Below, piece by piece: positions 1 to 10,531 of a stretch of DNA of 64,000 bases. The notes beneath the pieces are model-generated. The model did no database searches. It had not been told where the DNA came from and worked only from the letters and a program-made list of their open reading frames with translations. Source of the DNA: a virus; the IMG/VR virus record IMGVR_UViG_3300047284_000516, positions 1 through 64,000 of that record; one strand, 5' to 3'. The position numbers and the translations under genes were made by a program. The stretch's first letter is position 1. Each line of letters begins with the position of its first letter.

Positions 1-150
1 CCTGTCATATCGTTGAAAGAGACAGGGGAACTCAATCTATGCCCATATGGTAATAAAATCATAGTAGGGGATGGAGGAATAGAATATGCAAATGGAGCTC
101 CCTTCAATGCATTAGCTGTATATGATGTTGATGGTAATAGACTATTATGA
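1..150 (+). CDS. 3' end of an upstream ORF (partial), probably virion-associated
   Basis: Frame 1 is open from the window edge to TGA at 148-150 (PVISLKETG...VDGNRLL); ATGA overlap with the next ORF. Confidence 0.55.
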   Translation, partial: PVISLKETGELNLCPYGNKIIVGDGGIEYANGAPFNALAVYDVDGNRLL

Positions 151-935
151 TAACATGTGGCCCAGCAACTGTAACAGATAATCTTGTTACCCTACTAGAT
201 TGGGCAAATAAGAGATGTTACCAGCAAGGAAATACTACCTTTACTAATTTAGTTGGTACCAACACTGGCTATCTTAAGAATGGTGCTACATACTCTAACC
301 TCTATCCATCCGATCATATTGTTATGGATAATTTTTTTAATCCTGGACTACAGACAATCAATGATAGGATTGATATTAATACAAGAGGGGATGGGATTGA
401 TCGGTTTGACAAAACGGACAGCTTCTCTTTTTGTATTTGGATATACACAACTTCAAGTACTCTTTCTAGAATTGTTTCATCCGGAAACTCTGGTACTGCA
501 TTGGATAGTGATGGAGTGGCAATTCCCTTTGTATTCTTGGATAGAAACTCCTTTGGATGGTGGAATGAATATGGATCAGGTGATAACAGTCTCACCGTGT
601 ATTATCCGGATCTAGTATCCCTAGGTGAGTGGACCCACGTTGGGGTAACATACAAATATAATGAAGGGAACTCCAACGTAGTACGACTGTATAAGAATGG
701 AATTCTAGTTGCTACTAATCAGATAAGTACTTCATCCCATTCAGCTGCATCTGTGAAAACCCTAGATAGCTTCCAGTGGACTTTAGGTGGTGGACACTAT
801 GCATCTAACTATAATGCTAGTCTTGGATGTAAGATTGGTATGTTTTGGATGTATAATAAGATGCTGACTAATGAAGAAGTTTATAGAGTATATAAGGGCC
901 ATGAAAGACGTTTTAAACCTAATATCGTACAGTAA
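147..935 (+). CDS. LamG/concanavalin A-like lectin-domain protein (probable virion or tail accessory)
   Basis: FSFCIWIY, EWTHVGVTY, VRLYKNG and MYNKMLTNEEV are typical LamG_3 motifs; lies just upstream of the neck genes. Confidence 0.75.
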   Translation: MITCGPATVTDNLVTLLDWANKRCYQQGNTTFTNLVGTNTGYLKNGATYSNLYPSDHIVMDNFFNPGLQTINDRIDINTRGDGIDRFDKTDSFSFCIWIYTTSSTLSRIVSSGNSGTALDSDGVAIPFVFLDRNSFGWWNEYGSGDNSLTVYYPDLVSLGEWTHVGVTYKYNEGNSNVVRLYKNGILVATNQISTSSHSAASVKTLDSFQWTLGGGHYASNYNASLGCKIGMFWMYNKMLTNEEVYRVYKGHERRFKPNIVQ

Positions 936-945
936 GGAATAACTA

Positions 946-1689
946 ATGGCTATCCCAACCACAAGACAAGAATTCAAACAATATTGCCTACGTAAATTAG
1001 GGGCTCCAGTTATTGAAATTAATGTGGATGATGATCAGGTAGAAGATCGTATTGATGAGTCGCTCAAATACTATTGGGACTATCACTTTGATGGTACAGA
1101 GCATATTTACTACAAACATCAGGTTACAGAACAAAATAAGACTGATGGATTTATTACACTTCCTGACAACATTATTGGTGCAGTAAGAATATTTCCAATT
1201 GGGGATCCATCTATAAGAAACGATGAACTTTTTAATATTCAGTATCAGATTGCCTTGAATGATCTGTATACACTTACATCTGTATCAATGATACCCTATT
1301 TTACCACAAGAATGCACCTCTCTTTGATCCAAGAGATGTTGGTTGGTCAGCAACCTATCAGATATAACCGACATACTAATAAACTCTACGTAGATATGGA
1401 TTGGGACAAATACAAAGTAGGGGAATATCTCTTAGTAGAGGCCTACAAGGTTATAGATCCCGATACGTATACGGACGCGTGGGGCGATAGATGGCTTCAA
1501 GAATATGCAGCTGCTAAAATCAAATATCAGTGGGGTACCAACCTTACTAAATTTACCGGACTGCAGCTTCCTGGTGGTGTACAATTTAACGGTGAAAAGA
1601 TACTTGATGATGCTAAAGCAGAACTGGATAAATTAGAGCAGGAAATGATATCATCCTATTCCTTGCCAGTAATGGATATGATAGGTTAA
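946..1689 (+). CDS. gp13: Neck protein gp13
   Basis: YCLRKLGAPVIEINV...QWGTNLTKF...LPGGVQFNG; T4 gene order. Confidence 0.93.
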   Translation: MAIPTTRQEFKQYCLRKLGAPVIEINVDDDQVEDRIDESLKYYWDYHFDGTEHIYYKHQVTEQNKTDGFITLPDNIIGAVRIFPIGDPSIRNDELFNIQYQIALNDLYTLTSVSMIPYFTTRMHLSLIQEMLVGQQPIRYNRHTNKLYVDMDWDKYKVGEYLLVEAYKVIDPDTYTDAWGDRWLQEYAAAKIKYQWGTNLTKFTGLQLPGGVQFNGEKILDDAKAELDKLEQEMISSYSLPVMDMIG

Positions 1690-2421
1690 ATGTCTACCAA
1701 TCTATTTTTTAATAATTTTAAAAACAGTCAGGAGCAAACCCTGATTGAGGATCTGATTGTTGAGTCCATCAAAATCTATGGTATGGATTTAATCTATGTT
1801 CCTAGAACACTTCAAGCCTATGATGCTGTGTATGGAGAGGATCCCATACCCCTATATGAATCTCCATATGAGATTGAGATGTATATTAAGAATGTAGAAG
1901 GGTTTGAAGGAGAGGGAGATTTCTTATCAAAATTTAATCTTCAAATTAGAGATCAAATAACCTTTACTGTAGCAAGACGATCATTTGAAATTGCTATTAC
2001 CGATAATAATAATGAGGTAACACGTCCAAGAGAAGGGGATTTAATATATTTTCCCCTCAATGGAAAGGTGTTTGAGATTAAGTTTGTTGAGCACGAAGCT
2101 ATTTTTTATCAACTAGGTTCTTTACAAACATATGATATACAATGTGAGCTGCTAGAATACAGTAACCAGATCCTTAATACAGGTATAGCAGACATTGATA
2201 ATATAGAAAGAAATTTCTCTCTCTCAATGAACAACTACGCTTTAATTACAGAAGATTTGTATTTGTTGGTAGATGAAGATGGCTATACTATAACCCAGGA
2301 GGCATATAGTACAGAAACGGCAGCGGGAGATGACTTTTCTGACAACGAGGAGATACAAACAGAGAGTGATGAGTTTGTTGACTTCACAGAACTAGATCCT
2401 TTTAGTGAGGGGCGATATTAA
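1690..2421 (+). CDS. gp14: Neck protein gp14
   Basis: ESIKIYG, EGFEGEGDFLSKF, RPREGDLIYFP; follows gp13. Confidence 0.93.
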   Translation: MSTNLFFNNFKNSQEQTLIEDLIVESIKIYGMDLIYVPRTLQAYDAVYGEDPIPLYESPYEIEMYIKNVEGFEGEGDFLSKFNLQIRDQITFTVARRSFEIAITDNNNEVTRPREGDLIYFPLNGKVFEIKFVEHEAIFYQLGSLQTYDIQCELLEYSNQILNTGIADIDNIERNFSLSMNNYALITEDLYLLVDEDGYTITQEAYSTETAAGDDFSDNEEIQTESDEFVDFTELDPFSEGRY

Positions 2422-3284
2422 TGTTCGGTCACGTTTTCTATCACAACACAATTCGTAAGTATGTTATTCTTTTTGGGACCCTATTTAATGATATCTATAT
2501 TAACAGGTCAATTCCAAACAGCGATGAAATTGTAACTACTAAAATTCCAATATCCTATGGTCCAAAGGAAAAGACGCTCTCACGAGTCTTAGGTGATCCT
2601 GAGCTCAATAGAGATGTTGCTATTAGCCTTCCAAGAATGTCGTTTGAGTTGCTATCTCTCAACTATGCTCCTACACGTAAACTAGTCACTACCAATCGCA
2701 ATGTGAATATTGATGTGGATAGTAATAAACTTTTATATCAGTATAATCCCGTACCATACGATTTAATTTTTGAGCTTGACATTATGGTAAAGAATGCGGA
2801 CGATGGTACGAGAATTATAGAACAGATTCTTCCATTCTTCACTCCAGAATGGAATACCACTATCAATTTAATTCCGGAAATGGATTTGTTATTTGATATA
2901 CCAGTAATTTTAAACTCTGTTGATAGTACGGATACATATGAGGGTGATTATCAAACTAGAAGAGCCTTAATATGGACATTGACCTTTACTTTGAAGGGAT
3001 ACATATTTGGTCCTATCAAGCGTCAAGAGGTAATTAAAGAGGCCATTACCAATGCCCTAGCAGCATCTGGTGACTTGGATTTTGAAACGTTTATTTTTGG
3101 AGATACGGTTAATAGTACGGAAATTAGTACTGAAGTTGAGGGTGCTGAACCATCAGCATTGGTTAGTATACAACCAGGATTAACATCCAATGGCACCCCT
3201 ACATCCAACTCAACTCTCAGCATAGATCCCGATCTAATACCGGCAAATAGTGAATATGGATACATCATCACAAAGCAACAATGA
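2421..3284 (+). CDS. gp15: Tail terminator / sheath stabiliser gp15
   Basis: FGTLFNDI, PISYGPKEK, LPRMSFE, IEQILPFF; T4 gene order. Confidence 0.92.
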   Translation: MFGHVFYHNTIRKYVILFGTLFNDIYINRSIPNSDEIVTTKIPISYGPKEKTLSRVLGDPELNRDVAISLPRMSFELLSLNYAPTRKLVTTNRNVNIDVDSNKLLYQYNPVPYDLIFELDIMVKNADDGTRIIEQILPFFTPEWNTTINLIPEMDLLFDIPVILNSVDSTDTYEGDYQTRRALIWTLTFTLKGYIFGPIKRQEVIKEAITNALAASGDLDFETFIFGDTVNSTEISTEVEGAEPSALVSIQPGLTSNGTPTSNSTLSIDPDLIPANSEYGYIITKQQ

Positions 3285-3666
3285 TCCAATTGCGGACATA
3301 CTAGATATTACACCCATTTCACATCACCGAGCTGCTGATGTAGTTATTCTAGATGAGGTTGCTAATAATGTTAGCACTGACTATGAGTATGCACGAGGGA
3401 ATATCATTAATATTTTGGAAAAGGGTAATGAGGCTCTTTCCGATATGATTCAATTTGCTCAACAATCTCAACATCCTCGAGGTTATGAAGTTGTTGCAAC
3501 ATTAATCAAGACCCTCTCTGAAACTAATAAAGATCTGCTGGAACTTATCAAAAAGAAAAAAGACCTAGAAACAACACAAGAAGGTCCCACAAATGTTCAG
3601 AACAATTTGTTTGTTGGATCTACAAATGAGTTGTTAAAGTTGTTGAAGAATAATGGCAAGCAATAA
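3250..3666 (+). CDS. gp16: Terminase small subunit gp16
   Basis: DYEYARGN...HPRGYEV...NNLFVGSTNELLKLL; overlaps the gp17 start. Confidence 0.88.
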   Translation: MNMDTSSQSNNDPIADILDITPISHHRAADVVILDEVANNVSTDYEYARGNIINILEKGNEALSDMIQFAQQSQHPRGYEVVATLIKTLSETNKDLLELIKKKKDLETTQEGPTNVQNNLFVGSTNELLKLLKNNGKQ

Positions 3667-5287
3667 TAAAGAATATTATCTTGGCAATGCAAACCTAAAG
3701 AAAACAAGAGTTCGGATTGAATATACTCCCGAACAAATTTTGGAATTTCAAAGGTGTGCTGAAGATCCAATCTATTTTATTAAAAAATATGTCAAGATTG
3801 TTAACGTAGATCTTGGTGTAATTAATTTTGATCTCTGGGCATTCCAAGAGCAGCTAGTTAAAAAAGCCATTCAAGAGAGATTCGTAATATGTAAGATGCC
3901 TCGACAGGTTGGTAAAACTACCACTGTTGCGGCACTTATACTACACAACGTCTTATTTGCAGAGAACTTCTCTGTAGCTATTCTAGCCAATAAAGAAAAG
4001 CAAGCAAGAGAAATCCTTTCCAGAATTCAAATGGCATATGAAAACTTGCCAAAATGGTTACAGCAAGGAATTGTGGAATGGAATAAAGGGAATATAGAAC
4101 TAGAAAATGGATCTAAAATTCTAGCTTCAGCAACATCCGCAAGTGCTATTCGAGGTACGTCTCAAAATTTAATCTACTTGGATGAGTTTGCATTTGTTCC
4201 ATCAAACATGCAAGAGGAATTCTTTGCATCCGTTTACCCCACCATATCTTCTGGTAAAACAACAAAAGTTCTAATTACATCCACACCCAATGGCTTAAAT
4301 ATGTTTTATAAGCTATGGGTAGATAGTGAGCAAGGGAACAATAGCTATACAAGAGTGGATGTGCATTGGAGTGATGTTCCGGGTAGAGATGAGGAATGGA
4401 AGAAGGAAACTATCCGAAATACCTCTGAAGAACAATTCAGACAAGAGTATGAATGTGAGTTCTTAGGATCATCCAACACTTTACTATCACCTAGTACTTT
4501 GAAGAGACTAGTGTTTAGACACCCCGTCAAGATGTCTCCTGAAGGATTAAAGGTGTATTATGAACCTCTACAGGAGGGACTATACTGCATAGTAGTGGAC
4601 ACGTCAAGAGGTAAGGGTCTCGATTATTCTGCTTTTGTGGTATTTGATTGTACAGAGTTTCCCTATAAGGCAGTGGCAACATTTAAGAACAATGAAATAT
4701 CACCTCTAATATACCCAACCATTATTGAGCAAACAGGTAGATATTATAACAATGCGTTCATTCTAATCGAAACAAATGATATAGGCCAACAAGTAGCAGA
4801 TATAGTATATCAAGATTTGGAATATGAAAATGTTGTTTTCTGCGAAACAATTGGTAAAGGTGGTCAAGTTGTATCTAGCGGCTTCTCAAATTCTAAATAT
4901 GTGGGTGTTCGAACAACTAAACAAGTAAAGCGTATTGGTTGTGGAAATATCAAGTCCTTAATTGAGGAGGACAAACTAATTATTTGTGATTATGATACTA
5001 TTCAAGAATTTTCTAGGTTTAGTCTCAAGAGAACAAGTTATGAGGCAGAAGAGGGGAACGATGATCTGGTTATGTGTCACGTGTTGTTTGGGTGGCTTTC
5101 ATCCCAACCCTTTTTTAAAGAATTAACAAATAACGACATAAGAAAAAAGTTGTTTTTTGAGAAACAAAAAATGATTGAGGAGCAAATGCTTCCATTTCCA
5201 ATAGTAGAAGATGGTCATCAAGATCAGAGCGAGTTTGAGATTGTAGATTTAGAAAATCAAAGCTTCGATCAGTGGATGAGGAACTAA
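3653..5287 (+). CDS. gp17: Terminase large subunit gp17
   Basis: PRQVGKTT Walker A, IYLDEFAFV Walker B, ITSTPNG, DDLVM nuclease motif. Confidence 0.97.
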   Translation: MASNNKEYYLGNANLKKTRVRIEYTPEQILEFQRCAEDPIYFIKKYVKIVNVDLGVINFDLWAFQEQLVKKAIQERFVICKMPRQVGKTTTVAALILHNVLFAENFSVAILANKEKQAREILSRIQMAYENLPKWLQQGIVEWNKGNIELENGSKILASATSASAIRGTSQNLIYLDEFAFVPSNMQEEFFASVYPTISSGKTTKVLITSTPNGLNMFYKLWVDSEQGNNSYTRVDVHWSDVPGRDEEWKKETIRNTSEEQFRQEYECEFLGSSNTLLSPSTLKRLVFRHPVKMSPEGLKVYYEPLQEGLYCIVVDTSRGKGLDYSAFVVFDCTEFPYKAVATFKNNEISPLIYPTIIEQTGRYYNNAFILIETNDIGQQVADIVYQDLEYENVVFCETIGKGGQVVSSGFSNSKYVGVRTTKQVKRIGCGNIKSLIEEDKLIICDYDTIQEFSRFSLKRTSYEAEEGNDDLVMCHVLFGWLSSQPFFKELTNNDIRKKLFFEKQKMIEEQMLPFPIVEDGHQDQSEFEIVDLENQSFDQWMRN

Positions 5288-5298
5288 AATGAAAATTT

Positions 5299-5306
5299 TA
5301 TAAATA
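5299..5306 (+). promoter_or_regulatory. T4-type late promoter (gp55-dependent)
   Basis: Exact TATAAATA in the intergenic gap before gp18. Confidence 0.85.
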
Positions 5307-5349
5307 TGAATAACCGTCTCTACACAACTACTCTGAGGGGAGAATAAAC

Positions 5350-7458
5350 ATGCCATTCCAAGTTAGTCCTGGCGTAAATGTTTCTGAAATTGATCTGACC
5401 ACAGTGGTCCCAGCTGTATCTTCAACGGAAGGTGCAATCGCTGGTGTTTTCCGTTGGGGTCCTGTTAATGAGCGCGTGCTTGTCGATTCCGAGCTCGCAC
5501 TTGTTAATAGATTTGGTCGACCAACAACATTAAACGCTGAAACCTTTTTCACAGCAGCAAACTTTTTAGCATATGGCAATAAGCTGTATGTTGTTCGTGC
5601 TGCCAATACAACCTCTACCGATGTCTCCATTCTGGCTAGAAATGCTGTTGCTAACGTAGCAGCTATTACAAGTTTTGCCAATGGAGAGGTCAATGCACCA
5701 GCTCTGGTTATCAAGAATGAAGCACATTATGATGAAGTAGGTGCTTCTGCTGCTCTTGTGGATACAGATGTTCTGTATGCAGCTAGATATCCTGGATTGC
5801 TTGGCAACTCGCTTAAGATCTCAGTTTGCGATTCCACGGATGCATATTCGTCTGCTACAACCTTAACAGGTGGCGATGCCAACATTGAATCCTCTACAGC
5901 TAGAACATTTGTTTCTGGTGAAATTGGTAACAATACAGTTCGTGTTTATGTTGCTCCTTCATCTACTGGTACAGTAGGAGAAGCCAATACTCGCGCTACA
6001 TCGTTGATATCGCTTCTGTCGGTCGGTGATTATATCGAGTTGGGTAACACAACAATTGGTAAACAGAAGATGAAAGTTGTTGCATTTGATGCGGATGCCA
6101 CAACCGACACATCAAATGGTTCCAACACATTTGCTTTCTTTGATATTACAACAGATAGCCCATACAACTTGTCGCAAGAGATTGCAAATGATACGTTGAC
6201 ACGTTACTGGGAATATCATAATGTTGTTGATGCTGCTCCAGGTACTTCAATTTATCAAGCTGCTAATGGTAACTCTGCCATCAAAGATGAACTGCATGTG
6301 GTGGTTGCTGACGAAGATGGTCAGATCACTGGTGCTCCTGGAACAATTCTGGAGGTGTATGCTGCAGTATCTCGTGTGGTGGAATCCAAAACACCAGAGG
6401 GCGCATCCAACTACTTCAAGAATGTTATTAATCAGAATTCCAGATATGCTTGGTATCTGAATGATAGATCTGGTGCTGCATCTGGTACCATTGCTTCAAT
6501 TGCTACATCTTCCAATGCTAAACCTCTGACACTTTCTTTCCAAGGGGGTCTAGATGGTAAAGATGAGAGTACAATTGCTCTAGCAGCTCTTCTTCCTGCA
6601 TATGATCTTTACAGATCAGCCGAGGAAATAGACATTTCCCTGGTTCTGCAAGGTAAAGCCAGAGGATCTCAATTGGCTAACTATCTGATTGACAACTTAG
6701 CAGAAGTCAGAAAAGATTGTGTTGTATTCATCTCTCCAGAAAAGGAAGATGTAGTTTACAACGAAGGTAGCGAGTCTACAGATGTTGTGGCCTTCCGCAA
6801 CGAGCTGAGAAGCACTTCCTACGCTGTTCTTGATTCTGGATACAAATATCAGTATGACAAATATAATGACCTCTACCGCTGGGTTCCATTAAATGGTGAT
6901 ACAGCAGGTCTCTGTGTTCGTACAGATGATGTTCGTGATCCATGGTTCTCTCCTGCTGGTTTTAACAGAGGTCAGATAAAGAATATTGTCAAACTAGCAT
7001 ACAATCCCCAGAAAGCAGCTAGAGACATTCTCTACAAAGCTGGTGTCAATCCGGTTGTTACTTTCCCTGGTCAAGGAACAGTTCTGTTTGGTGATAAGAC
7101 TCTGTTAGCAAAACCAAGTGCTTTCGATCGAATCAACGTTAGACGTTTGTTCATTGTTCTTGAGAAAGCAATTGCAACGGCTGCTAAATTTACATTGTTT
7201 GAATTTAACGACGACTTTACTCGTGCGCAATTCCGTAACCTGGTAGAGCCATTCCTCCGTGATGTTCAGGGTAGACGAGGAATTTACGACTTCAAGGTTG
7301 TTTGTGATGGAACAAATAACACTGGAGAAGTTATCGACAGAAACGAGTTTGTTGGAGACATCTATATCAAACCAGCAAAGAGCATCAACTTCATTCAGTT
7401 GAACTTTGTTGCTGTAAGAACTGGTGTTGAATTCTCCGAGGTCGTAGGTCAGGCTTAA
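5350..7458 (+). CDS. gp18: Tail sheath protein gp18
   Basis: SPGVNVSEIDLT, PWFSPAGFNRG, FDRINVRRLF, YIKPAKSINFIQLNF. Confidence 0.97.
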   Translation: MPFQVSPGVNVSEIDLTTVVPAVSSTEGAIAGVFRWGPVNERVLVDSELALVNRFGRPTTLNAETFFTAANFLAYGNKLYVVRAANTTSTDVSILARNAVANVAAITSFANGEVNAPALVIKNEAHYDEVGASAALVDTDVLYAARYPGLLGNSLKISVCDSTDAYSSATTLTGGDANIESSTARTFVSGEIGNNTVRVYVAPSSTGTVGEANTRATSLISLLSVGDYIELGNTTIGKQKMKVVAFDADATTDTSNGSNTFAFFDITTDSPYNLSQEIANDTLTRYWEYHNVVDAAPGTSIYQAANGNSAIKDELHVVVADEDGQITGAPGTILEVYAAVSRVVESKTPEGASNYFKNVINQNSRYAWYLNDRSGAASGTIASIATSSNAKPLTLSFQGGLDGKDESTIALAALLPAYDLYRSAEEIDISLVLQGKARGSQLANYLIDNLAEVRKDCVVFISPEKEDVVYNEGSESTDVVAFRNELRSTSYAVLDSGYKYQYDKYNDLYRWVPLNGDTAGLCVRTDDVRDPWFSPAGFNRGQIKNIVKLAYNPQKAARDILYKAGVNPVVTFPGQGTVLFGDKTLLAKPSAFDRINVRRLFIVLEKAIATAAKFTLFEFNDDFTRAQFRNLVEPFLRDVQGRRGIYDFKVVCDGTNNTGEVIDRNEFVGDIYIKPAKSINFIQLNFVAVRTGVEFSEVVGQA

Positions 7459-7484
7459 TCAAATAACTAACGGGAGAACAACAA

Positions 7485-8036
7485 ATGGCATTTGATATCA
7501 ACGAAATTAGAAGTCAGTTAACTTTTGGGGGAGCTCGTAGTTCCCTCTTCCAAGTTACTATCACTAACCCAGCAACGTCAGCTGCTGATTTGAAGGTTCC
7601 TTTTCTGGTTAAAGCTTCCCAGGTTCCTTCTTCTTCATTGGGTCTGATTGAAGTTCCATACTTCGGTCGTAAAGTTAAGCTTGCCGGTGACCGTGTATTT
7701 GGTGACTGGACAGTTACAGTAATCAATGACGAAGACTTCCTGATCAGAAATGCAATGGAGACCTGGTCCAACCAGATTAACTCTCTTGCTGGTAACCTGA
7801 GAGGATTTGGCTCGTCTAGCCCTCTTCTATATAAAGCAACAGCTGAAGTTACTCAGTTCTCTAAGACTGGTGTACCTATCAGAACATATAAGTTTAACGG
7901 AATCTATCCTTCTGAGATTGCACCAATGGATCTTAGCTGGGAAGCTACTGATTCCATTCAAGAGTTTACCGTGACTTTCCAGTACGACTGGTGGGAAGTT
8001 AGTGGCGGTAATACTGGTAACGCAGGCGGTATTTAA
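7485..8036 (+). CDS. gp19: Tail tube protein gp19
   Basis: GGARSSLF, VPYFGRKVKLAGDR, WTVTVINDEDF. Confidence 0.95.
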   Translation: MAFDINEIRSQLTFGGARSSLFQVTITNPATSAADLKVPFLVKASQVPSSSLGLIEVPYFGRKVKLAGDRVFGDWTVTVINDEDFLIRNAMETWSNQINSLAGNLRGFGSSSPLLYKATAEVTQFSKTGVPIRTYKFNGIYPSEIAPMDLSWEATDSIQEFTVTFQYDWWEVSGGNTGNAGGI

Positions 8037-8046
8037 TTGATGTAAT

Positions 8047-8075
8047 AGGACGGGCTCCACTGCCCGTCCTTCTTC
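8047..8075 (+). terminator. Stem-loop, probable intrinsic terminator after gp19
   Basis: AGGACGGGC-tccact-GCCCGTCCT followed by TCTTC. Confidence 0.65.
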
Positions 8076-8087
8076 TAAGGTTATAAT

Positions 8088-9665
8088 ATGGAATTATTTG
8101 GTTTCGAGATACGAAAAAAATCCCAAGAACAAGAACAGCAGACCCAACCTTCCTTTGCTCCAAAGATTGAGGAAGATGGTGCTGTTGTTGTAGCTGCTGG
8201 TGGTGTATATGGCACCTATGTTGATTTGGAAGGCTCTGTAAAAACTGAAGCTGAATTGATTGATCGATATAGGGAGATGTCAAGTCATCCAGAAGTGGAT
8301 GGTGCTATTGATGATATTGTCAATGATGCGATAACGGTCAATGAAGACCGAAAGATTGTAGATCTCAATCTTGATGATACAAAGCTTTCAGCTGCTATTA
8401 AAAAAACAATAGATCAGGAGTTTCAAAATATCCTTGAGATGTTAAACTTCAGCACTCAGGCATATGATATTTTTAGAAGATGGTATATTGATGGTAGATT
8501 ATACTATCATGCAATTATAGATGTGGAGAATCCATCCGATGGTATCAAAGAAATACGGTATCTGGATGCAAGAAAGATCCGCAAAGTCAGAGAAGTGACA
8601 AAAAAGAAAAGACCAGGAGTACCTATTCCTGTAGCAGATACAATACAGGAGTATTTCATATACAATGATAAAGGATTTAAGACTGCTACTGGGTTTACTA
8701 ATTCTGGTAGTGCAACTGGTGTAAAGATTGCTAAGGATAGCATTCTTCATGTTACATCCGGTTTATTGGATAGTAGCAGCACAACCGTACTTTCCCATCT
8801 ACATAAAGCCATTAAACCATTGAACCAACTTCGTACATTGGAAGATGCAACTGTAATTTATAGAATATCTAGAGCACCTGAGCGTAGAATTTTTTATATT
8901 GATGTTGGTAATCTGCCAAAAATGAAGGCTGAACAATATTTAAGAGATATGATGGCACGTCATAAAAATAAAGTTGTCTATGATTCCCAAACGGGAGAAT
9001 TGAGAGATGATAGAAAGTTTATGACAATGTTGGAAGACTACTGGCTCCCTAGAAGAGAGGGTAGCAGAGGTACAGAAATAACTACTTTACCAGCTGGCCA
9101 AAATCTTGGCGAATTGCAGGATGTAGAGTACTTTCAACGTAAACTATTCCAGGCTTTGAATGTTCCTGTTACGCGTTTGGAAAAGGACAATACGTTCACC
9201 CTAGGAGAGTCAAATCAAATTTCTAGGGATGAGATTAAATTCTCTAAATTTATTGATCGCCTTCGCTCCAAGTTCAACTTCTTATTCCTATCAGCTCTCG
9301 AGAAACAATTGATTCTTAAGGGCGTGATGACCAAAGATGAATGGAAAGAACTTAGCTCAAAGATTCGATTTGATTACTCTACAGATAATCATTTTGAAGA
9401 GATGAAAAATGCGGAGATACTACGAACAAGAGCTCAGACACTTCAACTTCTTGAACCATTTGCTGGTAAGTATTTCTCACACACTTGGATTCGAAAAAAT
9501 GTACTTATGCAATCCGATAAAGAGATTGAGGAGCATGATCAGGAGATTGCTGATGAACAGGATATGGATCAGTATCAAGATATGGATCAATTTATGGCAA
9601 ATCAGCAAGCAGCTGCTCAGGGCAACTTCCCCTCTCAGCCCCCACCCAATAATAGTGATGAATAA
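8088..9665 (+). CDS. gp20: Portal vertex protein gp20
   Basis: IYRISRAPERRIFYIDVGNLPK, EDYWLPRREGSRGTEITTLP. Confidence 0.97.
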   Translation: MELFGFEIRKKSQEQEQQTQPSFAPKIEEDGAVVVAAGGVYGTYVDLEGSVKTEAELIDRYREMSSHPEVDGAIDDIVNDAITVNEDRKIVDLNLDDTKLSAAIKKTIDQEFQNILEMLNFSTQAYDIFRRWYIDGRLYYHAIIDVENPSDGIKEIRYLDARKIRKVREVTKKKRPGVPIPVADTIQEYFIYNDKGFKTATGFTNSGSATGVKIAKDSILHVTSGLLDSSSTTVLSHLHKAIKPLNQLRTLEDATVIYRISRAPERRIFYIDVGNLPKMKAEQYLRDMMARHKNKVVYDSQTGELRDDRKFMTMLEDYWLPRREGSRGTEITTLPAGQNLGELQDVEYFQRKLFQALNVPVTRLEKDNTFTLGESNQISRDEIKFSKFIDRLRSKFNFLFLSALEKQLILKGVMTKDEWKELSSKIRFDYSTDNHFEEMKNAEILRTRAQTLQLLEPFAGKYFSHTWIRKNVLMQSDKEIEEHDQEIADEQDMDQYQDMDQFMANQQAAAQGNFPSQPPPNNSDE

Positions 9666-9678
9666 ATAGGAGTATGGA

Positions 9679-9867
9679 ATGGATAATGTAATGGCATTGG
9701 TTCAGTTTGCTAAACAACAAGATGCAGTATCGTTTAAAGATACCTTTGATCAAATCATGGCTGCAAAAGTTTCTGATGCTGTGATGGCCCACCGTGAAGT
9801 GGTTGGCAAGGATATGTTTACAACACCAAATACAGATAGTCAAGAGGATACAGATGAAGACTCTTAA
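9679..9867 (+). CDS. Small acidic prohead core protein (gp67-like)
   Basis: Position right after the portal, small and acidic, strong AGGAG SD. Confidence 0.6.
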   Translation: MDNVMALVQFAKQQDAVSFKDTFDQIMAAKVSDAVMAHREVVGKDMFTTPNTDSQEDTDEDS

Positions 9868-10531
9868 ACAAATATTACAAGCTGGCTTAACACCCAGTAC
9901 AGAAGATGGAAAGCGTTTTGTTAGAAAGCACGTTGTCCAGGTTCAAGATGACATTGCAGGTAATGGAGATGATGTATACAATGCCTCCAATATCAAAAAA
10001 GCTAGTGCAGATGAGCCTAATCATGGTCATGAGCCTGGGGTAGATGAGCTGTACTATGAGGGCGTTGAACGGGATGAGGTAAGATCGGCAGACTATAAAT
10101 ATAAGCTCGAGCCATCAGGTCAATTGCGTAAAGTACCAGCAAAGACAGCAGTGTTTGGTAAGGACGAAAAGTCTGAGCTAGCTCGTAGATCTAAATTAAT
10201 GCATCAGCAGGATGAAGAGGTAGATTTGGAAGAAAAAACTCTCACCCCTGCTGAGAAAAAGAAAAGAGAAGAGGTCGCTCAGGCTATTGAGAGAGATAAT
10301 CCAGATATGCCCATGGCTAAAAAAATGGCTATTGCAACTTCCACAGCTAAAAAAGTAGCTGAGGAAGTGGATTTAAATACCCAACAATTTATCGATTCCA
10401 TCATGGCTGAGTTGGATGAGGAAGGTCAACAAATTCTTCAGAGTATTCTGGATGAAGAAGGTATTGAATCAGCAGTATCTCTTATTCAAGAAGCTTTAGA
10501 GGAAGATGATGGAGATCGGGAAAATGGCTGA
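9854..10531 (+). CDS. Probable prohead core / internal head protein
   Basis: ATG at 9854 (MKTLKQIL) preferred over the track's 9794 start; Glu-rich with EEVDLEE-type segments; between gp67-like and gp21. Confidence 0.55.
   Translation: MKTLKQILQAGLTPSTEDGKRFVRKHVVQVQDDIAGNGDDVYNASNIKKASADEPNHGHEPGVDELYYEGVERDEVRSADYKYKLEPSGQLRKVPAKTAVFGKDEKSELARRSKLMHQQDEEVDLEEKTLTPAEKKKREEVAQAIERDNPDMPMAKKMAIATSTAKKVAEEVDLNTQQFIDSIMAELDEEGQQILQSILDEEGIESAVSLIQEALEEDDGDRENG

Noticed and set aside
9794-9853. Upstream extensions given by the ORF track (also at 10753, 20465, 36333, 40441, 40886, 47842, 52655)
   Set aside because: They overlap the upstream genes extensively; downstream ATGs near the preceding stop codons fit better.
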